Shown here: positions 10,829 through 21,722 of the stretch, in pieces
How the letters are laid out: each line of letters opens with the position of its first letter
How positions within the stretch are numbered: position 1 is the first letter of the stretch
Assembly: GCA_027622665.1 (NCBI GenBank)
Contig: JAQBYT010000004.1
Span: 128,001 to 192,000 of the forward strand
Direction: 5' to 3'
Origin: Verrucomicrobiota bacterium
GTDB lineage: Bacteria; Verrucomicrobiota; Verrucomicrobiia; Opitutales; Seribacteraceae
Length of the DNA stretch: 64,000 bases
Translations under genes and position numbers: made by a program
The notes under the pieces: model-generated
What the model was told of the DNA's origin: nothing
What the model saw: only the letters and a program-made list of their open reading frames with translations
Databases searched by the model: none

Positions 10829-13468
10829 TTAGTCGATGTAGACGAATTCATTGGCGTTGAGGAGGGTGTGACAAAGGGCGAAGATGCCTTTATTCTGGAT
10901 AGTGGTTTCGGCGGGCTTACGTTCCTCGCGGGAAGGGGGTCGCCCGAAGGCGAGGGCAAACCCGAGGCGGACTTGGGCGGCGGGATGGTCACCGGCTTCC
11001 TGCTTGAGGCGTTCGGCAAAGTAGCCGGCCTGTTTGAGCATGAATGGGTTGTTGCTCAGGGTGAGTGCCTGCAGGGGCGTGGTGGTGGTGAGGCGCTTGG
11101 GGGTGAGGTTGGCCGGGTCTGGGCAATCTAGGATGGTGAGGAACTCGTGCGGAGTGGTGCGGACCACAAAGCGGTAGATGCTGTGTCGCCAGAGTTCCGG
11201 CTTGTCCGGTGTGACATACTTGTAGATAGGGGCGTAGGCCTCCACGTACTTGAAATCGCGGAAACCGGGGCCTCCTGCTTGCAGGTTGAGTTTGCCAGTG
11301 GTGGCGAGGACGGCGTCGCGAATGGACTCGGCGTCGAGTCGTCGGGGGGTTTGTCGCCACAAAAGGCGGTTGTCGGCATCGTCCTTTGCCCCGTGGACGG
11401 TGTGGGAAACTTGTCGGTAAGCGTAGCTGTTGAGGATGGTGCGCTGGATGGCTTTGAGCGACCAGTTTTGGCTGAGCAGTTCCTCCGCCAGCCAGTCGAG
11501 CAGTTTGGGATGGGAAGGGGTGCTTCCACCGAAACCGAAGTCGCTCGGGGTGTCCACGATACCCTGACCGAAATGCCATTGCCAGAGCCGATTGACGATG
11601 ACCCGTCGTGTTAGTGGATTTTTAGAGTTTGTGATCCAACGGGCAAGGGCGGCCCTGCGATCGGTTTCCGGGGTTTCGTTCGTTCCGAGGTCGGGTTCAA
11701 GTGCCTCGACCCAGCGCAGGGTTCCGGGGGTGACTTCGTCCTTCGGGGCTTCGGGGTTGCCCCTGTAGAGTACTTTCACCATGGGCGGCTTCTTGGAAAC
11801 CACGCCATAGAACTCAGGGGGTTCACCCAAGGCGTTGAGTTGTTTTTCGAGACGGGCCTTTTCCGTACGCAGTTCCTCCAGGCGTTTGAGGTCCTTGGCC
11901 GCGAGGGTCGCTGGATTTGCCGGGACGAGACGGGGGTCGCCGAAACTGATCTGGTCGTGACTGTAGTCATTACCGCCATCGGTGGAGATGAAGGTGAGAA
12001 AACGGGTGTCGTTGGGGATTTCGAAGTCGATCGGCGCGGCATCGTTGCGCCCGAGTCGCTTGTGGGCCATGAGCTTTCCGTCCAGCAATACCCGAAACTC
12101 CGCGCTGGGTGCGACCGTGCGCCCGCCGTAGCCGGCGACGGCGCTGAAACGAAGTTCCCTGATGCCTGTTGCTTCGCGGATGGCGACAAGATCGAAGGTG
12201 ATGCCGGCGTTGGCATGAAGGCCGATCATGGAATGTCCCGGTTTGTTGTAGTCCATGCCGCCCCATTTGGTGGAGAACTGGCTGGCCACGGGACCGTTGC
12301 GTATCATGTCCCATGCCTTGCCGCCATTGGCCGGCAGGCTGGTTGCCTTGAGGTTGGTCGAACTGACCCTAGTCTCGCCTTCGGCCGGCACGAACACGCC
12401 GTCGATGAAATCGTAGGAGCACTTGGCGTAGTTGCCCGGCTTGACGTTGCCTAGATCGCCGAAGTTTCGTTCCTGCATTTTGCCCGTGCGTGCATCCAAG
12501 CCGATCCCTTTACGTCCGGAACCAAAGCCGTTGCCGCCACCCACCAGGTCGGCCAAGTCCACCCCTTGACCCTGCAGTTCCCCGATGGCGAACTGGGTCT
12601 TGTCGATGGCATCGCCAAGTCGTTTCTTTTCCGCATTGAATTTCTTGAGAGCCGGCCCACTAATTTTACGTTTCTCGCGCTTGAGTCCGGCGAAAACTGC
12701 CATGAGGCGGTAGTAATCCTCTTGAGGAATGCCATCCAACTTGTGGTCGTGACACCTTGCGCAGTTGATCGTCATGGCCGTGGCGGCGGTCATGACCTGC
12801 GTCACCATGTCGTCCAGGTCGAGGGCCCGGGCGCTTCTCCTGAGGACGGGACTCTTGGTCTCGACCTGACCGACGAAGTCCCATGGCCCGGCGGCGAGAA
12901 AGCCTGTAGCTACGATGGCATCCTTGTCGTCCGGCCAGAGGGCGTCACCCGCTATTTGCTCCTGCATGAACCGGTCGTAGGGCTTGTCCTCGTTGAAGGA
13001 CTGGATGACGTAGTCTCGGTAATGCCAGGCGTTCGGTCGTAGCTTGTCGCGTTCGAAGCCATGGGTGTCGGCATAATGGGCGATGTCCAACCAGTGTCTG
13101 GCGAAGCGTTCGCCGTAGTGGGGCGAGTCGAGCAGTTCGTCGACCAGTTTCTCGTAGGCCTTTGGGTCCTTGCTCGCAACGAATGCCTCGACCGCCTCCG
13201 GTTTCGGCGGCAGGCCGTGCAAGTCAAAGGACAACCTGCGGATCAGTGTGCGCTGGTTGGCTTCGGGAGAAGGTTTTAGTTTATTGGCTACCAACCGTTT
13301 TTGTACGAAAGCATCGATGGGGTTGCGGGTTTCGGTCAGCGAACCATCCGGTTTTGGAACCTTAGGACGTTTCACCGGTTGCAGCGACCAAATGTCCTCG
13401 GTCTCTCCCCGGGCCGAGAAGGCAAGGGGAATACCAAAAGCCAGAGCCAAGACAAGAAACCTATGCAC
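10829..13468 (-). CDS. DUF1549/DUF1553 cytochrome c domain protein with an NPCBM-like insert
   Basis: NPIDAFV, YGERFARHWLD, CARCHDH and RRLDAESIRD. The GTG at 13468 gives a signal peptide; the longer ORF to 13690 overlaps the PfpI gene. Confidence 0.88.
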   Translation of the reverse strand: MHRFLVLALAFGIPLAFSARGETEDIWSLQPVKRPKVPKPDGSLTETRNPIDAFVQKRLVANKLKPSPEANQRTLIRRLSFDLHGLPPKPEAVEAFVASKDPKAYEKLVDELLDSPHYGERFARHWLDIAHYADTHGFERDKLRPNAWHYRDYVIQSFNEDKPYDRFMQEQIAGDALWPDDKDAIVATGFLAAGPWDFVGQVETKSPVLRRSARALDLDDMVTQVMTAATAMTINCARCHDHKLDGIPQEDYYRLMAVFAGLKREKRKISGPALKKFNAEKKRLGDAIDKTQFAIGELQGQGVDLADLVGGGNGFGSGRKGIGLDARTGKMQERNFGDLGNVKPGNYAKCSYDFIDGVFVPAEGETRVSSTNLKATSLPANGGKAWDMIRNGPVASQFSTKWGGMDYNKPGHSMIGLHANAGITFDLVAIREATGIRELRFSAVAGYGGRTVAPSAEFRVLLDGKLMAHKRLGRNDAAPIDFEIPNDTRFLTFISTDGGNDYSHDQISFGDPRLVPANPATLAAKDLKRLEELRTEKARLEKQLNALGEPPEFYGVVSKKPPMVKVLYRGNPEAPKDEVTPGTLRWVEALEPDLGTNETPETDRRAALARWITNSKNPLTRRVIVNRLWQWHFGQGIVDTPSDFGFGGSTPSHPKLLDWLAEELLSQNWSLKAIQRTILNSYAYRQVSHTVHGAKDDADNRLLWRQTPRRLDAESIRDAVLATTGKLNLQAGGPGFRDFKYVEAYAPIYKYVTPDKPELWRHSIYRFVVRTTPHEFLTILDCPDPANLTPKRLTTTTPLQALTLSNNPFMLKQAGYFAERLKQEAGDHPAAQVRLGFALAFGRPPSREERKPAETTIQNKGIFALCHTLLNANEFVYID

Positions 13469-13476
13469 AGCGAAAA

Positions 13477-14031
13477 TCAGGTGTTTGCAACCAGCAACTC
13501 GATGAACTTGCCAAAGTACTGGCCGTTGTCGTGGAAGGTGCGCCCGCTTACCAGGTTGCCGTCGACCACGCAGGGCTCGTCGACGAAGGTTCCTCCACAG
13601 ATTTCGAGGTCGAACTTGCACTTGGGAACGGTGGCCATGCGACGCCCGCGGACCCGGTCCGCCCGGGCGGGAATCTCCACGCCGTGGCATACGCTGGCAA
13701 TCGGCAGGTCGTTGTCGAAGAAATATTGGGTGATGCGGATGAGGTCGAGATCCTCCCGGATGTATTCAGGGGCCCGTCCCCCGGAGAAAAAGATTCCGGC
13801 ATACTCGGACTCGACGATTTCACTGAAGGCGATTTTGGCCTCGATGGTGTAACCCTCCCACTCCTTGGTTATGGTCCAGCCCGGCTTTACCTCGTGCATG
13901 ACCATCTGGTAAGTCTTTTTCTCGGGCCCGGCGACGACCGGCTCGATGCCTGCCTCCTGGAGACGGTAGAATGGATAGAGGGTGTCGAGGGTTTCCGATG
14001 CATCCCCCACGATGATGAGTACTTTGTTCAT
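13477..14031 (-). CDS. DJ-1/PfpI family protein
   Basis: GDASETLD, SGGRAPEY, ASVCHG (nucleophile Cys) and VVDGNLVSGR. Confidence 0.92.
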   Translation of the reverse strand: MNKVLIIVGDASETLDTLYPFYRLQEAGIEPVVAGPEKKTYQMVMHEVKPGWTITKEWEGYTIEAKIAFSEIVESEYAGIFFSGGRAPEYIREDLDLIRITQYFFDNDLPIASVCHGVEIPARADRVRGRRMATVPKCKFDLEICGGTFVDEPCVVDGNLVSGRTFHDNGQYFGKFIELLVANT

Positions 14032-14127
14032 TTCTTTTGTTTCTGTTCTATGGATGATATTAATTTTAGACGTAATTAATTAATCCTATACGAATTGATT
14101 TTCCAGAAAATGAATCATATCAAATTT

Positions 14128-14159
14128 AAAGACCCGCTGGTATGAACCAGCGGGTCTTT
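14128..14159 (-). terminator. Intrinsic terminator downstream of katG
   Basis: Perfect 14-bp inverted repeat aaagacccgctggt-atga-accagcgggtcttt, about 40 bp after the katG stop. Confidence 0.8.
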
Positions 14160-14201
14160 GATCCAAATATTATTTTAAGTTTTCTTCTGACCGGATCAAA
14201 A

Positions 14202-16574
<2,373 letters not shown>

Positions 16575-16696
16575 TTACGCTTTCAATTCTATATTCGGAT
16601 ACTTGACTGAGGCAAGTCATGTGTAGGATTTTAGACGAATTATTTTAAATTATCCAGTCCCAAACTGGTCAGATCGGAATCTTTCATTTACTACCT

Positions 16697-17044
16697 TTAC
16701 ATCATGAGTTTTTCGTTCATGTCTTCCCTGACCACTCGTTCACCGGTAAGCCTTGCTCCTCCCTTGGTGAGTGTGCCCACGCTGATTACGAACTCGGTTT
16801 GGAGTTCGTTGAGTTTCTTCACCGCCCGGGGGAAGCCGCCGTGCCTGACCCCGCCCGTTCGGTTCGACACCAGGGCGAACCGGAAATTGTTCGGGTCGTT
16901 GAGAAATGTCTTATTCGTCCACGGCTTCTTCTCCTTGGTCACGGAATGCTTGAAGAGGATGCCATGGCTTTCATCGTCATGGACCCATGCGATGAGAGAC
17001 AGAAAAAGGCAGGCCAATAAAAGCAGTCGGGCAGGAGTCGCCAT
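16697..17044 (-). pseudogene. Truncated metallophosphoesterase relic
   Basis: Signal peptide, then FRFALVSNRTGG...KLNELQTEFVISVGTL. Both metal-ligand Asp residues (usually SDRTGG and VGDL) are substituted, and it ends before any GNHD motif. Confidence 0.65.
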
Positions 17045-17079
17045 AGCTTGTTGCATTAGGTTCGTGGTAAAATGATGGA

Positions 17080-17502
17080 TCACTTGTTTTGTTCCACGAA
17101 TAGGTCCATGGCGACTACCGCTTCGTTCAGGGTTTGGTAGCGGGCCACGGTCGCCTTGGGGTTGCCCGAGAGCATGGCGGAGAGGCGGCAGTCGGGATTG
17201 CCGACATCGAATAGGCAGAGGATTGACTTGCCCAGCTTTTCCGCGAGACCCAGCTCGTAGCCCACGCCGAGAGAAGGGGTGGTAACCTCTGCGACCACGG
17301 CGTCGCATTCTTCCAACCAAGCCATGTCGCGGGCATGGATTTGGTTGTCCGATAGGTCATGTTCGCCCCCGTCGCTGAGGGCCTTGTTCCCGACGTGTTC
17401 GGTCAGCACTTCGGCGTGGGTTTGCAGGTGGGCGATCATTGCGTGGTAGGTCGAGGCGTCCTGTCGCCCGCCCCGTATGGCCCCCGCAAAGTAGATTTTC
17501 AT
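17080..17502 (-). CDS. Nucleoside 2-deoxyribosyltransferase / DNPH1 (Rcl)-like nucleotide N-hydrolase
   Basis: MKIYFAGAIRGG, VLTEHV, IHARDMAWLEECDAVVAEVTTPSLGVGYELG and RLSAM; start ATG at 17502. Confidence 0.88.
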   Translation of the reverse strand: MKIYFAGAIRGGRQDASTYHAMIAHLQTHAEVLTEHVGNKALSDGGEHDLSDNQIHARDMAWLEECDAVVAEVTTPSLGVGYELGLAEKLGKSILCLFDVGNPDCRLSAMLSGNPKATVARYQTLNEAVVAMDLFVEQNK

Positions 17503-17509
17503 GGCATGG

Positions 17510-17957
17510 CTATTTCGAATGCAGCTTGTTCCGGGCCCCGATGGATCTCTTGAGGTGGTCGCGCGAATCGCCGCGGATGGCGTAGCACTGGAACCCGAGG
17601 TTGCCGTTGAAGCCGAATTCGCGAAGCATCTGGAAAAGTGCGGCTTGATCGTAGCTGCCACGGTCCAAAGTCTGAATGAGCTGTCCCCAACTGCTTCCTC
17701 CTTTTTCTGCGCCGGCAGGTACTGTCTTGCCAAAGAAGTGGCTTGGCCTCGGTGAAGGTTGCCTTGAGGTCAGTCTTTGGCTTCACCTTGAAGTGATGCA
17801 AGTTGAACATCACGCCTACGCTTTTCCGTTTGTATTTGCGGGCCACGCCCACGCTGGCGGCGATCACGGGCTCAATTCCGGCTTCCTGCAAGCAGTGGTA
17901 GGGATTCAAGGTATCCAGAGTTTCCGATGCGTCGGCCACGATGATGAGTAATTTCTT
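17510..17957 (-). pseudogene. Chimeric pseudogene: PfpI N-terminus fused to the C-terminal part of a sugar-phosphate isomerase
   Basis: About 17855-17955 aligns to PfpI 13930-14030, and 17510-17850 aligns to 19404-19745. There is a 1-nt frameshift near 17712 and a one-codon deletion. Confidence 0.85.
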
Positions 17958-19396
17958 TAATTTAAATTCTTAAGTTCTTCAAGCATTTCAAATAGCTGTT
18001 TGATGAGCATGTCGGAAGACTGGGGCTGAAAGCGGGAGGTGCCCAACCAGGTCTCGTAGCCCCCCAGCTTGTGCTGGTTGGGAGGAGGCAGGTATCCGTA
18101 GCCACCGTTGGCCAGCCCGATCAGAAAGGTCCGTTCGAAGGGGCTCTTCTCCTTGATCTCGAGTCCGATTTCCACGAGGACCTCAAAGGGCATACTGACG
18201 ATGGCTTGTTCCCCGATCCTGACTGCCTGAATGAGGACGGGTTCGGTTTCGGGGTGCTCTGGGCCCGAATACTCGATCACCCGGTTGGCCACGGAAGTGG
18301 TCCGTTTGTTGATCTCTCCTCTCTCCTTGGAGCTTTTCTTGAGCAGACCCTCGGCGAGAATGATTTCCCTCCTTGCCGGCTTGCGGTAGGGCAGGTCGAC
18401 TTCGCGCTGGAGAACCGTCACGATGGGTTTGTCGTTGTAGTTCTCGATCTTCTTGACCGCCCGCCATGCGGTGTCGGCTGCCTTGGAGGCGACGATGCGT
18501 ACTTGTTCGAACGGTGAGCGTGGAGCCCGAGTCCCGTTAAAGACGAGGTTGTTGATGTCCCCACTGGCTCCGTTGGTCATGAGGGCGACAAAATCCTCAG
18601 GTGGATTGCTTCCGCCGATCCGGTAGGGCATGACCCGGGAGAACTCACCGAAGTAGTCGGCTGATGCCATTCCTACCAATCGTCCGTTTTCCTCCTTCAC
18701 CTTGGGAATGCCCCCGACATAGTGCAGGGCATAATTGGCGATGAGGGCGAGAGGCTTGTTACGGGTGGTCCGGACGTCGATGACGCAAAGTTCGGGATCG
18801 ATCGGGCCAGCCGGTTTGACCAAGTGGTTGCGGTTGGCGTTGGTCTTGACCTGATCCTGTTCGCCAAGCGGGTTGGGAGGCATGGTTCCGGGTTGTAGAA
18901 ACCAGCGCCGGTTGCGCACCTCGGTCGGTTCCACGTCGGAGGAAAAGCCTACCTTGGCCGGTTGCAGGGATTTGATGGCTTCGACGATGGCTTCCTCCAG
19001 TTTCTCGTGCTTGAGCTTTTCGTAAGCTTCCTTGCCCGGCGTTCCCTCTCCACCTTTGGGGGCCGAGTGTGTGTGCGTGGCGCAAATTAGCATTTCCTCA
19101 GTCTTCCAACCAGTCTTTTTGGCCGCTCGGTCCTTGGCGAGATCGGACATCTCGCGACCGATGCCGATGGCGTCGATCAGGCAGATGACAGCCCGTCCAT
19201 TGCCGTACTCGAAGGCAACCGCCCGGACATGCAGAGGATCATGAACGTGATCGGATTTCCCCGAGCGCAACTGAATGGGGAAGACCGTGGGGGTCATGTC
19301 AATGCAGGCGGCTCCCGCTCTGAATACATCCGATTGAGCATGTAATGCGAAGGTTGAGAAAATCGAAAAGGAAAGGAAAGCCAAGTACTTCTTCAT
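17957..19396 (-). CDS. Neutral/alkaline ceramidase-like secreted amidohydrolase
   Basis: Start MKKYLAFLSF at 19396; HDPLHVRA, ATHTHSAP, NYALHY, SADYFG and GLANGGYGYLP. Confidence 0.8.
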   Translation of the reverse strand: MKKYLAFLSFSIFSTFALHAQSDVFRAGAACIDMTPTVFPIQLRSGKSDHVHDPLHVRAVAFEYGNGRAVICLIDAIGIGREMSDLAKDRAAKKTGWKTEEMLICATHTHSAPKGGEGTPGKEAYEKLKHEKLEEAIVEAIKSLQPAKVGFSSDVEPTEVRNRRWFLQPGTMPPNPLGEQDQVKTNANRNHLVKPAGPIDPELCVIDVRTTRNKPLALIANYALHYVGGIPKVKEENGRLVGMASADYFGEFSRVMPYRIGGSNPPEDFVALMTNGASGDINNLVFNGTRAPRSPFEQVRIVASKAADTAWRAVKKIENYNDKPIVTVLQREVDLPYRKPARREIILAEGLLKKSSKERGEINKRTTSVANRVIEYSGPEHPETEPVLIQAVRIGEQAIVSMPFEVLVEIGLEIKEKSPFERTFLIGLANGGYGYLPPPNQHKLGGYETWLGTSRFQPQSSDMLIKQLFEMLEELKNLN

Positions 19397-19403
19397 GGTA
19401 CCA

Positions 19404-20234
19404 TTATTTCGAATTGAGTTTGTTCCAGGCCGCGATGGATCGCTTGAGGTTCTCCCGGGAATCACCTCGTATGGCGTAACACTGGAACCCGACATTTCCC
19501 TTGAAGTCGAGCTCTCGAAGCATCTGGAAAAGAGCTTTTTGGTCATAACTGCCGCGATCCAGCGTCTGGATGAGCTGCCCCCAGCTGCTGCCCCCTTTTT
19601 CGGCTCCACAGGTACTGACCTGCCAAAGAAGAGGCGTGGCCTCGGTGAGGGCGGCCTTGAGATCGGCCTTTGGCTCCACCTTGAGGTAGTGGCACAAGTT
19701 GAACATAACGCCCACGTTTTCCCGTTTGCATTTGCGGGCCACCCGTACGGCGTCGCCCAAGGTATCGACGTAAAATCCGGCATGTGGGTAGAGCACGATG
19801 CGCAGGCCCGACTCCTTGGCCTGATCGGCGATCTCCCGCACGAAGGCCACCGCCTGCTCGTCGGTGTTGGTTTTCTTGTTCCCTTGGACGTACAGTTCAA
19901 GAATAGTGTTTCTTCCCTTCAGTTCCTTGATCGCCTGAACGATTTCCTTGTCGTAGCTGTGCCCCTTGGAGCCCAGTTTCCCGCCGACGTAGAAACTGAA
20001 CAGCTTGAGGCCTGAATCGTCGTAGAGCTTAAGGCGCTGGGGTAGGGGCACGGCGTCCTTCACCCGGGCCGAACCAATGCCGTCGTAGCCCAACTCCTTC
20101 AGTACCTTGACGCGTTCCTCGGCACTCTTGAAATGAACCCCGTTCTGGAAGGCGTAGACAGGCAAGGTTTCCGTCTTGGCATTTAGTTGAGGCGATATGG
20201 TCAGAAGCAGTAAGATAGAGGCAATTGTTTTCAT
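19404..20234 (-). CDS. Sugar phosphate isomerase/epimerase (xylose isomerase-like TIM barrel), secreted
   Basis: Start MKTIASILLL at 20234; LKELGYDG, LYPH, FNLCH, LDRGSYD and GFQCY. Confidence 0.82.
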   Translation of the reverse strand: MKTIASILLLLTISPQLNAKTETLPVYAFQNGVHFKSAEERVKVLKELGYDGIGSARVKDAVPLPQRLKLYDDSGLKLFSFYVGGKLGSKGHSYDKEIVQAIKELKGRNTILELYVQGNKKTNTDEQAVAFVREIADQAKESGLRIVLYPHAGFYVDTLGDAVRVARKCKRENVGVMFNLCHYLKVEPKADLKAALTEATPLLWQVSTCGAEKGGSSWGQLIQTLDRGSYDQKALFQMLRELDFKGNVGFQCYAIRGDSRENLKRSIAAWNKLNSK

Positions 20235-20244
20235 GGGTGATTCT

Positions 20245-21722
20245 TCAAGCAACGACTTCCTTGATGACATGACCATGGACGTCGGTGAGGCGGCGCTCGG
20301 TGCCGTTGTGGTAATAGGAGAGCCTTTCGTGGTTGAGTCCAAGCAGGTGCAGTATGGTGGCGTGAAAGTCGTGCACGGTGGCAATATCCTGTTCGGCCTT
20401 CCACCCGAAGGCGTCGGTGGCACCGTGGGAATAAGGTGCATTGACGCCAGCTCCCGCAAGCCAACCCGTGAAGCCTGCAGGGTTGTGGTCGCGTCCGCTG
20501 GCTCCTTTCTGGAAGGTTGGCATTCTGCCGAATTCTGTGCACCAGACTACGAGGACGTCGTCCAGCATGCCGCGATTCTTGAGATCACGGATAAGGGCGG
20601 CGGCGGGTTGGTCGAGAATGTGGGCGTGGCCGGGATATTGTGCCTCGATTGATTTGTGCCCGTCCCAGTTGCCCACGCCTTCCCCCATGGCATAGGAGCC
20701 GTTGAAGAGTTGGACGAAGCGGACTCCTTTTTCGAGAAGTCGCCGGGCGAGGATGCAGTTCTGGGCGAAACCGGCACGATCCTTGTTCTTGACGTCGTCG
20801 GCGCCGTATTCCTTCAGGATGGAAGCGGGTTCCTTGGACAAGTCGGTCACCTCGGGGATGGACATCTGCATGCGTGCGGCCAGTTCGTACCCAGTTATAC
20901 GGGCGGCCAGTTCGGAGTCTCCTGGATACTTTTTAAGGTGGCGCTCGTTGATCCGCTTGAGCAGCTCGCGTCCATCCTTGTCCGTCTTGCCGGAGAATTG
21001 GGGGGGGGGAACAGGTGCCGAATCTTTTTGGAGGCACTGAAGGGCGTACCCTGAAACTGGGCGGGCAGAAAGGCATTGGACCAGTTGTTGACGGAGGCTT
21101 GGGGGTTGCCCCTTGGGTCGGGAATGGAGACGAAGGCAGGCAGGTCCTCATTTTCGGTTCCGAGGGCGTAGGTCGTCCAGGCTCCCATGGAAGGGAATCC
21201 CTCAAGGATGAATCCGGTGGACATATAGGTCTCACCGGGACCGTGGGTGTTGGTTTTGCTAGTCAGTGAGTGGATGAAGGCGATGTCGTCGGCCAGTGAT
21301 CCCAACTGGGGGAGCAAGTCGCTCGTCATCTTTCCGCATGCACCCCTTGGCTTGAATTCGCGCAGGGGCTTGATGAGGTTGCCGTTCTCTCCCTGGAAGG
21401 TGTTCACGATACCGGGCAGCGGTGTGTTATGTCGCTTGATCAGCTCGGGTTTGTAATCCCAGGTGTCGACGTGGCTGACGGCGCCGGTGCAGTAGATCAC
21501 CAGGACTTGCTTGGCCTGGGCGGGGAAATGCGTCTTGCGGGCGGCATAAGGGTGTGCTGGATGAATCTCGGGTCGTATGGGATTCCCCAGCAAGCCTTCG
21601 TCTGCCAACAATCCTGCCAATGCCATGCCGCCGAACGCCGTACCCGAATGGCGCAGGAAGTCGCGCCGGTTGAGTAGCGAGGTTCCTGCAGGTGATATGT
21701 TCTCAGGTTGAGGCGACTTCAT
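20245..21722 (-). pseudogene. DUF1501 family gene split by a frameshift in a C10 homopolymer
   Basis: The N-half (ORF 20895..21722) and C-half (20245..20871) join in frame if the plus-strand G10 at 21000-21009 is G11 or G8. Confidence 0.85.

Noticed and set aside
17957..20459. ORF-track N-terminal extensions (647-aa, 351-aa, 953-aa, 217-aa and 283-aa calls)
   Set aside because: The extensions overlap upstream genes in another frame; internal starts give clean signal peptides or family N-termini.
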